DNA of 64,000 nucleotides, taken from NCBI RefSeq assembly GCF_021028975.2, contig NC_059435.1, forward strand, positions 44,826,001 to 44,890,000. Reading direction: 5' to 3'. This stretch comes from Sphaerodactylus townsendi. Its lineage: Eukaryota. Position 1 is the first letter of the stretch; the number at the start of each line of letters is the position of its first letter. Both the position numbers and the translations under genes were made by a program. The notes under the pieces are model-generated. The model was not told the DNA's origin. It did not search any database and worked only from the letters and a program-made list of their open reading frames with translations. Shown one piece after another: positions 1 to 13,234 of this stretch.

Positions 1-643
1 GTGTGCATAAAACTCTTGCCACAGGACATGGCTCTGCATTTATGGTAGCAGTGAACACTAAATAGAGAATCTTCACCTTGGGGATGCAGCCTTTGTATAA
101 AACAGGAGTAAAATTGGCTTTTGTTGAGGGTTCTTATCAAATCTAACTCTGGAAACTTTATCTAATAACTCACTAGCAACTATATGCGAATGCTGGGAAG
201 TGGGTGAGCCCTTTAAAGGCTGAGCCGTATTAGGAATTAATTATCTTAAACTCACACTAAGTAGAGAGACAAAGTTAACTCATTTCGATTCATTTCAAGA
301 ACAATTTACATTTATAGTACAATTGTGTGTGGAGGGGTTTTGAGCCAGCGTAAATGCCGCTTATGCTGGCACAAGTGGCATTTTCACTGGATCTAGGGTC
401 AAGCCACCTCCTGAGCAGTTTTGGACCCCCCCCCCCCTCATGATTGCACTGTTAAAATCATTTTTAAAATACTTTCTCAAAATAAAGTGGCAGGCTGATA
501 GAAACCAGAATCAACAATTCATTTTTAAAAAAATCAGGTTTGCTTTTCTTCAAGAACTTAGCTTGTTTCTGCCTTGACATATAATTAACACTTTTAATCA
601 CAACACATTTGAAAATTTAATCCCTTTTGTCAATTTGCTTCAG

Positions 644-707
644 GCTGGGGTGATTATCTTATCTGGACTCAGACTTATGAAGAAGCTCTCCACAAAGCCA
701 AGACAAA
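644..707 (+). CDS. AGR2: Anterior gradient 2, internal coding exon (GWGDYLIWTQTYEEALHKAKT)
   Basis: ttcag|GC TGG GGT...ACA AA|gtaagt. Translation matches AGR2 GWGDQLIWTQTYEEALYK. Upstream exons lie outside the window. Confidence 0.95.
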
Positions 708-921
708 GTAAGTTCTTGTATTTGCAAGAGATGTTAAAATAGCACCACCTTGTGCAACACTTCAGTTTTTCCTCTTTTCACTTTTAACCATAGGCCATGA
801 GAAACGTTTGAAAAGTCTCTTCAGATTTAATAAAAACACCAACATCATCTTTTCCAAGGCCTTAATTTTTCTTAATTTAAACTACTGTGAAATTGTAAAC
901 TAGAATCTCTTTTCATTTCAG

Positions 922-974
922 CAACAAACCTATAATGATCATCCACCACTTGGAGGATTGTCCTCATAGTCATG
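922..974 (+). CDS. AGR2: AGR2 exon with thioredoxin-like CXXS motif (NKPIMIIHHLEDCPHSH)
   Basis: tttcag|C AAC AAA...CAT G|gtatgc. CPHS is AGR2-type (AGR3 has CQYS). Phases join both neighbouring exons. Confidence 0.96.
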
Positions 975-1626
975 GTATGCTTCTTGCTATTTTTGTTATG
1001 CACTTAAATAAAATGTTCAAAATATAGCTGTTACTTAAATATCCTGTAAAACAAAATAGCCCCTGCTCTTATTGCATAGTTGAAAGCTAATCACTTTGAG
1101 GCAGAGAGGACTGGAGATTTCCACATGTAAGAGTTCTTGTTGTGCATTGTCACAGATGATATGGGTGCCTGAGACGATACATTCTGCCCCCACTCACTTG
1201 GAATTTGGAGGAAGGTTTCTATATCAGAACATTGGCTGTATTGTTCAAAGTAGGCTGCAGAGGTCCAGTTCTAGAAGGAATAAGTAGACAGACAGTTCAC
1301 AAGTAGCCTACTGGGTAGAGACTGCTGTTCCAACTTTTAATTGTGGGTATGGTAATTTTATTTGCTAGGCTAAGACATCTGACTTTTCAAAATCATACAC
1401 ATTGATTATGATAACCTTGAATTAACCTTGATAACCTTGAACATTCGCTTGAAGACCTGTGTAGACTCATTTATAGCTCATTTTACATGGTTACCTGTAT
1501 CCAATATGACATATGGAGAGTTCATGACAGTTGTGGGGATTTGTAACAATAGGTCTATATCACTTTTCTTGCTCTCAATTCCTTTTTTTCACTTAAAGAA
1601 TAATTTTAATTGTTTTTCCTTCTTAG

Positions 1627-1700
1627 CACTGAAGAAAGTTTTTTCTGAGAGCAAAGAAATACAGAAGTTGGCTGAGAAATTTGTTCTCCTTAACCTTATT
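1627..1700 (+). CDS. AGR2: AGR2 exon (ALKKVFSESKEIQKLAEKFVLLNLI)
   Basis: cttag|CA CTG AAG...CTT ATT|gtaagt. Lies inside ORF 1428..1778. Confidence 0.96.
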
Positions 1701-2051
1701 GTAAGTTTAAGTGATTTTTCTTTAACTGCCTTACTTTTAGTACTCATGGATAATTATTTTTTATGCATGGGAAGTTGAGAAATGTATCTGCCAAAATCTA
1801 TAAAGACACACAAGTACTGAGTTGGTATTGTGCTCTCACCAACATCCAAACACATGTGCTTAACGAAATAGGTATGTATCTTTTGTGAATGAGTGGACAT
1901 GTTTGATACAGAATTTTCTTCCATAAAGATTATCTCCATTTAGGGAAAAATTGTGAAAAGCCAACACTAACCATAACCAACCCTGCACCATGGTTTATTG
2001 AATGTACATGTCCAGCCTTTGACTATGATAAAAAAAAATTGGCAAGATCAA

Positions 2052-2139
2052 CAGTGCAATCCTAAGGAGAGTTTTCCCAGTCTAACCCCATTCATTTCAG
2101 TGGGTTTAGACTGCAGTAACTCTGTTTAGGATTGTGCGG
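2052..2139. mobile_element. Short palindromic MITE (Harbinger-like, TIR CAGTGCAATCC)
   Basis: cagtgcaatcctaaggagagtt...aactctgtttaggattgtgcgg fold-back, with CAA/TAA 3-bp flanks. Confidence 0.65.
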
Positions 2140-2207
2140 TAAAATAATTAATTGTATGGCTTACAGAGTAAACCTTAAAGAAATTTTAATTTTCTTTTGT
2201 ATTTTAG

Positions 2208-2271
2208 TATGAAACCACAGACAAACATCTCTCCCCTGATGGCCAGTATGTTCCCAGAATCCTGTTTGTAG
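2208..2271 (+). CDS. AGR2: AGR2 exon (YETTDKHLSPDGQYVPRILFV)
   Basis: ttttag|TAT GAA...GTA G|gtaagt. Near-identical to the AGR2 sequence as I recall it. Confidence 0.97.
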
Positions 2272-2664
2272 GTAAGTATTAAGATACCTGTTTCAAAAGA
2301 TATACCTGTTTCAAAAACTGGTTCCAGTGTGTGGTTATGTATACACATTTCAGGCACATGATATCCAATAGTGGTACTTTTTGTAGAATAAAATTTCCTC
2401 ATATTATTCAGCATATGGGGAAAAAACAAAACAGTAAACTCAACTTACCAGTAGATATGAACCAATTTACATAATCACTTATTGTGGAAAAAACATTTCT
2501 TCATCAAGAAAAAAATGCAGGACAATTTGTTTCTGCCAGTCAACAACTAGTACTCCTGCTTTACAAGTCCAAAGTACATTAATATTGGAACTCTGTGGCC
2601 AAAATATACATAGCCAATCACTATTTGGTGGAGATTTTAAATTGTTCCCTGTGGTACCAGCTTT

Positions 2665-2755
2665 GTCATCTGACGAAGGGAGTTTTGACTAGCAAAAGCT
2701 TATACTCCCAAAATCTTGTTGGTCTCTAAGTTACTACTGGATTAGGATCTAGCTC
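2665..2755 (+). mobile_element. Penelope-like element terminal fragment with decayed hammerhead core
   Basis: CTGACGA-agggag...caaaagcttatac...aaatcttgttggtctctaag. Resembles squamate PLE termini; the GAAA box has decayed to AAAA. Confidence 0.5.
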
Positions 2756-3453
2756 ATGTTGGTAGTATTTTCATTGTGAGGAAATAAGACAAACCCTGAT
2801 TCTCCCATCTTTTAGCCCCACCAACGCTCATCAAGTCAAACACAAATGCAGGACATCTTGTTGCATGACTATCATGACACCTATGGGATATTTCACACAA
2901 CATTATTTTCCACACCTTCCCCTTCCTTCCATACCCACAAAGGTTTTGTAGCTCAGAATGGTGTTCTGTGTGTGTGTGTGGGAGGGGGGGAGTAGTAAGG
3001 CAAGGGAGGAGAAAAAAATCTAATCTGTTAAAATTAGTTGGGAAGCTACTTCCCCTATTCCACAGCAATATTTTGACGAATTTAATGCTCTTCAAATATG
3101 TTGCGTTCACCCCTAGGTTCCCTTTTCTTCCTTAAAAAAAGCCATTAACAGTGTGGTCCTAAATAGTTACATCTTTCAAAGTCCACTACCTACAACTGAT
3201 GTAATTGTTTAGGAAAGCATTTTTGCCCATCTTTCTCACATGATTTTAAGAACATTCCTAAGTGGTAGCCTTAAGCCCTGTTTATTCTGTCCCCAGATAC
3301 ACACAATTTGCAATCTGTCCAGAATACTGTAAGATTAGCCATGTGGAAACACAAATCTTGATTATGCAAAGTAGGCACAAAATTGAAACACTAAAAACAA
3401 TTTCACTAACTTGGACAGGAAGCAAATGATTTTTAACCCCTTCTCTTCTCCAG

Positions 3454-3537
3454 ATCCTTCACTGACAGTTAGAGCAGATATTACTGGAAGATATTCCAAT
3501 CGCCTCTATGCTTATGAACCAACAGATATCCAACTGT
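3454..3537 (+). CDS. AGR2: AGR2 exon ([28 protein letters not shown])
   Basis: ctccag|AT CCT...CTG T|gtaagt. Lies inside ORF 3411..3638. Confidence 0.97.
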
Positions 3538-3743
3538 GTAAGTATTTTCTACTTCATATTGGCACATCCAGCATACTTTGGGAATGGATAAGTGTCCACC
3601 ATACTACAACAGGAGTTCCATTCTTACTTACAGAATAGTGCATTGTTCTCTTCTCCAGTTTGGGTATATCATACAATCTCATAAAATAATTTGGATGCAG
3701 TTCCTATTTGTGTGTTGTTCAATGTATACATCTCACTTCACTT

Positions 3744-4249
3744 GGGCCCTTTCCACACGGGCCAAAAACGGCGGCCTGGGGACGGCAAAAACGCCGTCCC
3801 CAGGGAGCCGTTCTCACAGGCAACCGGGCTCCCCTTTCTTTCCCCCAGGGCGGCGTCAGGCTGCCCTCAAAAACACCCCTCTTTAGAATCTGAAGTTTTG
3901 AGTAACAGCGTAGCAGCGCGGTGCGAATGGCACCGCCTGGAACACGCAGTTTATACCGTTCTTCTCCTGATGAGCATGCCGTCGTTGTGCTGGCCTCCTA
4001 AGACCCTCCCTCGCTGTCCTCCGACCCCTGGAGGTCGGAGAGCAGTGTGGGCGGGGCTTAGGAGGCCAGCAGGGCGACGACGGCAACGAGGTAAGTGGGA
4101 GAGGGACGGGGAAGAGGCGGCTCCGTGCGGAGCCGCCTCTCCTGTGCCGGCCTCTGCGGGGGCCGCTCGCGTGTGAACGGCCCCCACCCTTCCACCAGCA
4201 GAATTCCTGCCGGTGTGAGGGCGCCCAGAGGCCCGTGCGGAAAGGGCCC
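3744..4249. mobile_element. GC-rich non-autonomous DNA transposon (PIF/Harbinger-like MITE) in last AGR2 intron
   Basis: 20-bp TIRs gggccctttccacacgggcc / ggcccgtgcggaaagggccc. CpG-rich interior. TSD not clear. Confidence 0.75.
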
Positions 4250-5040
4250 TACAAAATCACCAAGTAGCATTAAAGAAGGAATTCCTGAGCTTCAACACTA
4301 TTTTGTATGCAAAGAGAATAATAGTGACCAACTTTATTATCAGTTACATTTGATCACACCCTTCATCCAAGAATACCTGGTTCTACTGTTTCTATTTTAT
4401 CCTGACCCTGTGAGGCAGGCTGAAATTACAACTGAGTGGGGATTTGAACCCCAGTTTTCTTGTAACTATTTAGCTTAGTAAGTTTTTGTTGTAAGGGTTT
4501 CAGCAAGCCATGAAATACATGATTGTATGGAACAATCTCTTGACTTTCTCCATTCTTACTGCATCCCACCAGTTCCCCTTTGGGGTTTAGATCTGCCTCT
4601 CATAACATGGCTGCCACTTGAAAATTGTTTCCCTGCGGAAATTTATCAGTAGCTTGTCTCCAAGCCACTGCCAGACATTCCTGTGGCAATTTTTGTATTA
4701 AACCCAAACTGGTGTGGGGGTGCATCCAATTGTCATAATTACCAATTCCCAAAAATGTCTCATGGGGGGGGGGGGCAAGTTCAAATAGCTTCAATTTGGA
4801 ATGAGCAATAAGAAAAGTATTCTTATACCAGCTTAGATCTAAGAAATCTGAATGAGAATTGGGCTTTTATGACAAACTATTAGAAGAGTGCATTATTTCT
4901 GTCGGCGTACTTGCGATTAAAAGTAATGCAAGGAGATACAGCTTCCGTAATTAAAAATATAGGCAGGCAAAACAATTTCATAAAACTTATTTCTTAATAA
5001 TTCTGTGCATAAAAAATAACTCTTGGATATATATTTCTAG

Positions 5041-5090
5041 TATACTCAAACATGCAGAAAGCACTGAAGCTGCTGAAGACTGAATTGTGA
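5041..5090 (+). CDS. AGR2: AGR2 last coding exon (LYSNMQKALKLLKTEL*), KTEL ER-retrieval signal
   Basis: ttctag|TA TAC TCA AAC ATG...GAA TTG TGA. KTEL terminus distinguishes AGR2 from AGR3 (QSEL). Confidence 0.96.
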
Positions 5091-5318
5091 AGGAAGGAAA
5101 TGGACCAGCCAGCACATCTTCCTGTTCTAATTCAGCCTATAAAACTTATTCTGACTAAAGAATATACATTGGTCTTAGATATGCAATGCATAACTAACAG
5201 CTCAATGGTGTTGTAAAAACTGGTTTTGTACAATGTGGCATTTTAAGTATTGATTTCTTTTATAAACTAAGCTTAGAAGGTTACTGTATGCTTTTTTCTG
5301 CAAATCAGGATTTTAAAA

Positions 5319-5324
5319 AATAAA
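5319..5324 (+). terminator. Putative AGR2 polyadenylation signal AATAAA
   Basis: First AATAAA about 230 nt after the stop, followed by GT-rich sequence. Confidence 0.6.
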
Positions 5325-7654
5325 TCTACTTCATGATGTTTACAGAAGCACAGCCTGTCTTGTATTGTGATTTTGGACAGTACCACATCTAGAGTTTCCC
5401 AGGGAAAAGTAGCACAGAGAAAAAGATCCTGGGGGAAAAGCTGCTATAAGTTAATGAGGTGATGACATGTAGAAACAGAGAAAATCAACTTCAGAAAACT
5501 AAATTGCACCAAGAAGTCAAGGATGGGAGGGAATAATGTAAAGATTGCAGATCTGCAATTGCTAAGCAGTGAAAAGCAGTATCTGGGAAACACAGATGTT
5601 TGCTATCTATTTTTGTACATCACAGGCAGACTGAAATTGACAGTCCAGATCAGAACAAGCTAAAGATGCTGATCTGAACAGTTAAATTACAAATCTCTCC
5701 TGTCTGCAGCATTTTGATATTTTCTTACCATAGACAGTAGACTAAGAGAGATTGATTGGCCCAAGGCCACACATCAAGCTTCATGGCTAAGCGGTAATTT
5801 GAGCATAGGTCTTTCCTATCCTTACTCAATCACCAAACAATAGTACATTCTTTATGTGTAAGTCTATCAGTCATATCTGAAGCAGAGACCAGGGATCTAT
5901 TTTAAAAGAACATTCTTACTTACCTACATATTTTCCCACTTTTCTCACAAAAGCATCCCAAAGCTTTTCACAACCAAAGGACACGGTATCCCAGCAACTG
6001 GGCTGAGGGTTTCTAACATACATATACAAAATTTAAAATCACAATAAACCCCTGGTTCTTTATGTTTCTTTTTAAAGAAAGTAAAAATATTTTAAAAAAT
6101 GCATTGAAAAGATTGAACTCAGTCCTTTTGGGTAGCAAGACATGTATGTCACTCTGATTATTGGAAAACATTCTAAATTGTACATCTCCTGAGACACTCA
6201 CTCCATGGTCTCCTCTTCTATTTGATTTCCTTCAATGAAACTAGAAAACCAAGAATGAGAACAGCCAGTATACAACAAAAGGAGTGCATAGCTACAATAC
6301 ATAAATAAATAAAACAAAATATACACGTGATATTAAAACCTTTAAAAAACACAGCAGCATTAACACAACCACCATTGGTTGAGAACAATTTATTGATGGT
6401 GCCCGATCCCAAGGACAGGAAGGGACCCGGCAGTGCCAGATAAGATCTTACATTGGCAGTGATGGCACAATAGAGGGCATGGGGGCATCAGAGGGGACAA
6501 GCAATCTGCCTCTAACTACAATCTGCCTCTAACTACAAAGATTGGAGACAAGACATTTTTCTGTAGGCCCGCTGATGATCCCAAGGAAACGTCTTATTTC
6601 AGTGACTGTTTCTCATGGTTTAAGATAAAATGGTTGCTTGAAGAACAATTACTGTGAATGAATATGAATATTAACAACCAGTAATACAATAATTCATAAA
6701 AAGTTACTGTGAAAACCACAGGAAAATATAGCTCATTAAAACAATAACAAGACTAGAGTTCTCAGTTTTTCCAACCACCCTTATTGTAGCTGCATCCGCT
6801 CCGGTCCCTGCTGCTTTTATTGCAAGCAGGAGCATACATTGGAACAACTGCATGAAGTACAATCCTGCTTTCCATGAACTACAGACCTAGCAAAGTCTCC
6901 ATTACCTCACAGGAAATCTTAATTTACACACATCTGTTGAATATTTAATATTTGGGTTGTCTGCTTTTTATTCTACATAAGAACATGTAAACCAAGAACC
7001 AGTAACCAAAGCACTGTCATCTATTAAATATTAGCACCACAGCTATTTAAGTATTAATGCTGTATACAATTTAAGTGGAATCTTTCAAGGTAAGCATACA
7101 CTCTTAGTTTTAAGCCTCCATGAATCTAAAACCCTCTTAATGTTGTGTATGCTAGTGGCCATTAATATTATCAGCAGCACTAAGTTCAACAACTGAGGTT
7201 TCTCTAGGTTTACTTCATATCTGTGATACTTGAAAAACATTTTCATTACTTGTTGAAAACTTACTCCCAAGTCTGAAGTGGCATCCATATCCTATTCTGA
7301 TCAACTTGAATCTCCAATTTACCAACTGTGTTCTTCAGACATCCTTCGCCAAGTGGTACCCTCTGTCCCATTAGGGCAAAATTTAGGCCATGGGCTATTT
7401 CTGTGGTAAGACCAGAGCACATGTGGAAGTGTCAGGCCTGCGCCATTCTGGGCCTGGCAGTTTGCACATTCACAGCCCAGCTGCAGATGGCCCATCCATT
7501 ATCATCCCTCAAGGCTACAGGGGCCTCCCTCATTTGCTTGCCGTATCTAGTTCAATAGAGTTTAACTGTTTCTCCTTACCTGCATTCTTGGAGGAGTAAA
7601 CTGTCTGTACCAAACAATGCTGTTATTCTCACTGTCCTTTTGCTTGCTGATGAT

Positions 7655-7726
7655 GGGAATGCGAGGGTGGTTGAACTAGGGGAATGCGAGGGTGGTTGAA
7701 CTAGGGGAATGCGAGGGTGGTTGAAC
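7655..7726. repeat. Minisatellite, about 2.9 identical copies of 25-bp GGGAATGCGAGGGTGGTTGAACTAG
   Basis: Direct inspection. Confidence 0.9.
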
Positions 7727-8648
7727 AGCAGGGGTTGAACTAAACTCCCAGGGGTCAGGGAACCAAACCCCCCAGTTTCGGCTACCTGACCCTGGGATGA
7801 CACAGTTCCAATAAAGCTCTCAAAACCTTTCTGAGTCTTGTTGATGACTGGAGTAACAGACCCTTACAGGAAGGCATCTTTCCTTAGTGAACGCTTGAGT
7901 CGTTAAAAATGGTTTATTTCAGAGGGCATTTGGATGAGAGTGAAATGTTTTGACAGATTTGGTTTGTTCTTAATCTGTGCTTCATTTTTATCTTGATAAT
8001 GAACTGTTGTGTTGCTTTTGTGTCCTGGCAATGTATTGTTCCATTGCTTCTTTTCTTCCAATAATATTCCCAGATCTATAGTGAGCTGCATTTTAAACTA
8101 GGATATGTCATAAGAAAAGAACTGTGTGTTGGATCCAGCCAGCTTTTCTGCTCAGTTTCACCCACTGTTACACCTTACTACACCACAGATAGCTTTTGGG
8201 CATGAAGGTCCCATGATCCCTTGTATTCTTTGCTCACCAGCAGGAAAGTTACTCTCTCATTGACTGTAGATGTGAGTCCCTACCCATGACCACCACTGGC
8301 CTGTGGGTAATCCAGCTCATTTAACTCTTGCTATATATTGTGCAAGATCTTGTCATGAAAATTTCCAGGGGTCTTGTCCCTGTAAGAATGTCACAGCTGT
8401 TCCTGCCTGTCAACCTGCACTTTATTTTTGTTTATATTTTTCTCCTGCTTGGTAGTTATGATGCTAATACATGCAATTCTCTTTTATAAAGGAATAATCA
8501 TTCATTCAAATTCTTTAGACAACCCTGAAAAACAGTTTCAGACCACCTTCTTGAAAAGGCTTTGAAAGGCCTTCTTGTCCAGATATCCATCCATGTACTG
8601 CCACATAAAGATTTCTGTCAAAGTATTAAACACATTTCATCAAAAGTT

Positions 8649-8654
8649 TTTATT
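8649..8654 (-). terminator. Putative TSPAN13 polyadenylation signal AATAAA
   Basis: tttatt on + about 1.1 kb downstream of the TSPAN13 stop, after an AT-rich, repeat-free UTR-like stretch. Confidence 0.5.
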
Positions 8655-9737
8655 TTTGTGTTTGAAGTATACTATCAAAGCACTACAAAGATCACTTTAC
8701 AATATTATAATCCACAGATATAACCAAAATATTAAGATACCCTTGAATTAATACAATTTGTTTAAATCTTAAGACAAACGTCAGTATCATAGTTCACTAC
8801 ACTACACTAATAAATTAAATCAAACTGCAAAAATAGATACAAGACCCCTCTGGGCACCACGACCAGTTTCTTACAGTAACAAGTAAGCTGAAAATCATTC
8901 TCCCTTATAACATTCTAATTACATAGTTCATTCAAACAAAAACATTGGGCATACAATGAAAATTCTTATTTCTGTTTATCTCCATTGTTCAGTTAAACAT
9001 ACCATCCAGGTTAATTCAATATCAAATCTACTGTGCATTCTCTGTAGTCCACTGGGTCCATGTGTATACAGCGCTAACTCCAACACTACAGTGAACAAAT
9101 ATGCTTGTGAACAGAAGTTCATGAATGGAATTACCAACAGAATTGTGAAATGAAATTACTAGGATTACATGGAAATTCTGACCAACCTCTGCTTAAATAT
9201 ATTTCCACATACTTGTGTCCACATAAAAACAGCTGGAAGTTAAATTTCTGTAAGTGAAATGATTTACACAATGGTTTTCCCTGAAGCAGAAAGCAAAAGC
9301 AACATAACTTTCACCATAGATTTCAACTGAATCACAAAATACCACGCATTCAAAGCAACAGTGTGGATGGGAATCTTTCTGATGGATGAAATACATCAAA
9401 TGGATTTTTTTATCTTTTATCACCAAGAGCAACAGCACCCAACAGTCAAAACAGCGCAAGTACTACAATAAGACTGCAATAGTTCTATTCAACTCTCTTC
9501 CATTTTCTTAGAGTACCAAATTCTGTTTAGTTATATGACTGGCACAAGAATTTCAAACCAGCCAATCTAAGGGGAAGAAAACATCAAAAACCAGAACTAA
9601 AATAGGAGGCATTTCTAGGTGAACAGTCATTATTTCAAGTGCACAAAGCACTTGAAATGTGAACAGCAGCCACTCGATAATTCATTTTTTAAAAATGCAG
9701 GAAAAGAGACATTTAGTCCTGCCAGAAGGTTCTGAAG

Positions 9738-9812
9738 TCAAAGAAATGCACTAGGATTTGCACGAGGATCCTTTTGATTCCTATATCTGTAGGTCAGCCA
9801 GACCCCCAAGAT
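9738..9812 (-). CDS. TSPAN13: Tetraspanin-13 exon 6 ([24 protein letters not shown])
   Basis: tttcag|ATC TTG...TTT CTT TGA. Matches the TSPAN13 C-terminus. Confidence 0.97.
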   Translation of the reverse strand: MLGVWLTYRYRNQKDPRANPSAFL

Positions 9813-9925
9813 CTGAAATGGGGAAGGAAAAAAAAAGAGAAAACCATACAGTAAAATACATAAAAAAACATTGTACCTTTAAAAACATTTTAATTAAAAG
9901 AAATCACTGAAAATTGAAAAATAAC

Positions 9926-10059
9926 NNNNNNNNNNNNNNNNNNNNNNNNNNNNNNNNNNNNNNNNNNNNNNNNNNNNNNNNNNNNNNNNNNNNNNNNNNN
10001 NNNNNNNNNNNNNNNNNNNNNNNNNNNNNNNNNNNNNNNNNNNNNNNNNNNNNNNNNNN
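9926..10059. other. Assembly gap (134 N) in TSPAN13 intron 5
   Basis: Run of N flanked by AT-rich low-complexity sequence. Confidence 1.
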
Positions 10060-11396
10060 TATCATTTATTGTTAACAATATATACTAATATATTGTTACC
10101 AATATATACCAATATATAAAAAATTGGTAACAATAAATGATAGTAACAGTAATGTTATAAAAATAAAAAACAAATGGTGGTAGAATAGTAAATATATAAT
10201 GAATGGTGATAACTATTTTAATAATTCTAAGAATAGATTCTAAAAATTATGTCCAAATATTAGAAAATAAGTCCATACATAGTTGTCTTCTACCCACTAT
10301 TCGGTCAAATGTTTTTTAAAATGTTCTTCTTTTGCCATGTAATACATCACCAGAATAGAACAGCCTTTAGAAGATACAACACATCTTGCTCATTATATGT
10401 CCTATCATGGAAGACAGGTCGATCAGTGACTAATGGAAGACAGGTTGATCAGTGTCTAATTTAGAGGCAGTAAACCTCTATCATTAATATGAGGCAACAT
10501 CAGGTCTCTGGGCCTTGATCTCTAATGCAGTTTCCTGGTCTTCAGGGCAACTGGTTGGCTAATACATGAAACTGCATACTGAATCACAGGTCTAATCTGG
10601 AAGGAGTCTTATTTTGCTCTCTCTCTCTCTTTTTGCCGTCAAGTCATAGCTGACTTATGGAGACCCTGTAGAGTCTTCAAAGCAAAGAGACTCAGAGGTG
10701 ATTTGCAATTGCCTGCCTCCACCTAACAATTCTGCTATTCCTTGGAGGTCTCGCATTCAAATGCTAGCCAGGATCAAGGCTGAGAATGTTTGACTGGCCA
10801 AGGTCACCCAGCAGTCTCAATGCCTAAATATTCTGTTCAAAGAATTTTCCTACTACCTAATTAGAAATCCAAAGAAGTTATTCTATTTTGGGCAGCCCAA
10901 CCCAGGGTGGGTGGGGGGTGTGTGTGTGAATGGACTCTTGGAACTGGCGAAGGCAAACTTCTACACCAGTGAGGAGGGCAAACTGAGAGGTGGGCAAATG
11001 TCACTGAGCTCTGCAGTGCCTAAACCAGAAGAGCCTGCACCCTGCAGAGCTGGGTCAGCTAAAGTTATAGATCCAAGGAGTAGGGGGTGAGCTGGGGTTC
11101 TCAAGGGAGGGGCTGACTTTAGTCAGTTGCCAATGGCTTTGGAGCTGAGAATTCCCCCAGTGCAGACCTTAGACATACTTTAAAATGGTGGTCCAATTAG
11201 CCCTATGGAGGGCTTTCAGGCAGCCAGAGAATTTCTGGAGGTCGCTGCCTTTTTTTGCCCCATTTTCCATTTTCCCCAGATTTTGCCCCAGGCTCCATTT
11301 TACCTAGATACTCCTCTGCTTATGGCAGGCATTGTGCATTGAGGACTTTTTTGGGAGAAGCAATTTGTTCAACCTTGAAGACATTTTCCCACTTAC

Positions 11397-11510
11397 CTCA
11401 GTGAAACTAAAGAAGAGCCCAATACCTCCTACAAATCTCAGGACCATCCCAGAATACTCTTCTATTATCGGTGCACAAAGTGAACAATGTGATATGTCAT
11501 CAGAACAAGC
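11397..11510 (-). CDS. TSPAN13: TSPAN13 exon 5 ([38 protein letters not shown])
   Basis: ttgtag|GCT TGT...ACT GAG|gtaagt. 114 bp, EC2 cysteines plus TM4. Confidence 0.95.
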
Positions 11511-11840
11511 CTACAATAAAGCAAAGTTCAACTCATGATCTGCTTCCAATGTGTTTAAGTAGAAAGTCTATAAATCTGACCTTAGCGTTCCATGATTCAT
11601 TCTCCATATACCGGGGTGCCACTGTAAACTGAGGCCTACTCCAAAAATTCAGTCACAGTTGCATCTATGTTGCGTTATAAAAGTATAAAGCCAACTCCAT
11701 GCATGCAGAGCAATCCAACACACAAAGTATTTTGTGATTTCTTTTTTTATTATTCAGGAATATGTAATTACAAAGATATACCAGTTCACTGCCTAGTTCT
11801 TTTAAACCAGGATCTGGAGCATAAAAAAGTATCTACTTAC

Positions 11841-11954
11841 AGCAGAGCAAACTTCGTCTTTATTGACATTTCGGAACCCACAACAATTTAGATTCCTCTC
11901 AATATCCTGCTTTGCACTGTTTGTGTTGTTCCACCCAACTTCCAGAAGCTGGCT
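11841..11954 (-). CDS. TSPAN13: TSPAN13 exon 4 with tetraspanin CCG motif ([38 protein letters not shown])
   Basis: ttctag|AGC CAG...TCT GCT|gtaagt. 114 bp. Confidence 0.96.
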
Positions 11955-13234
11955 CTAGAAGACCAAGAAAATTGCTTGATTTAGTAATGTTTCCATTTGC
12001 CCAAAAGAAAAAGGATCTTGAATGCAAGATGATTCCCATTTTAAAAGGGTGGCACTCAAAGGAGTTCTTATTATAACAGAATTGTAACTTTGTGTGAAGA
12101 TATCCCCTGCTTTTTTTTTCTTGATAGCACGTGTGGGAAAAAACCTCTAATGCTCATTTAAGGTAAATTGGCTACATCACTTGAGGTGATGATACACATG
12201 CCTTGGTACGCTTGCACCCTGACTTGTATGCACATATTTGCAAAGCCTGGGTTATTTACTCTGAACTGCCCATGCAAAAGAAACACAAAGATTTCTGGTA
12301 GCTTAATGAATGGCAGAACTGCTCAATTCCCTTCACTTAGCTGTACAAACCCGTCATCAAGAGACTTTTTCATAAGGAAGACGATTGCCTTCTACAGGGC
12401 CTTGTATATCTTCCTGTTTTTTCATCATTTATTTTTCAAGTGGAATGAGAAAACTTTTCTACTTCAAACATATCATGAATGTATGTTAACACCATTGTGA
12501 AACCTAAACTTAATTCCCAATCCATCAAATGATTCCCTGCATTGTGTTTTTTCTTTGTTGCTGCTGCGACATACACAGGTTGATATTTTCAGAGAGCTTT
12601 CTACTGCCAGTGAAGTAAGTTTATATGAAGCAACACCACATAAAAGTACTGTAAAAGTATTAGGCTAGAGAATTCTCATATCTTCACAGTCAGTCCTTGG
12701 GCGGCTTACCATTTACATATTGACAAACTATGCTCGGATGGGAAACTAGAAGGAAAGAAATCTAAAATATTAAGGCAAGGATATGCTAAGTCATTAAACA
12801 TTCTTGAGAATTAGCTGCAAGTTGATTTAGTTCAGGGGTCCCTGACCTTTTTAAGCCTGTGGGAACCATTGCAATTTTGAAGAGAGGTGGTGAGCTCCTC
12901 CACCAAACTGCGGAGCAAAGAACAATACCCCCCCCCCTTTCTCATTTTGCAAAAGAATAGCAGAAAGGAAATCAAATTTAACAAAGGAAGCTCTTGGGAA
13001 GGAACAGAGAAAGCGAATGGGAAATAAATAGCAGGAATGCCTAAAGAAGAGACTACAAGCCTGGCTGCTTTCAAACCCCAATGATTCTTCAGTAACTGCA
13101 GCTGCTGTTGCAGACAAAGAAAACCCTTTCATTTGGATAAGAGCAACCAATAACAAGCCCTGCCTTGTAATGGCCCCTCCTACTTTCCAAAAAGCTCAGC
13201 AGGTGCCAGGACAATTGCTGGTAAGTTCCACAAA

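Noticed and set aside
3578-4478. Several overlapping ORFs and a CpG-island-like patch in the last AGR2 intron
   Set aside because: Explained by a young GC-rich MITE bounded by TIRs (3744-4249); not a promoter or gene.
644-5090. Assignment as AGR3 or TXNDC12
   Set aside because: CPHS, KTEL and the position directly convergent with TSPAN13 indicate AGR2.
6572-6593. CTGATGA-tcccaag-GAAACGTC hammerhead-like core
   Set aside because: No stem I complementarity (ggcccg vs ttattt) and no credible stem II.
7655-7726. Short direct repeats resembling a CRISPR array
   Set aside because: No unique spacers and a vertebrate context; it is a simple minisatellite.
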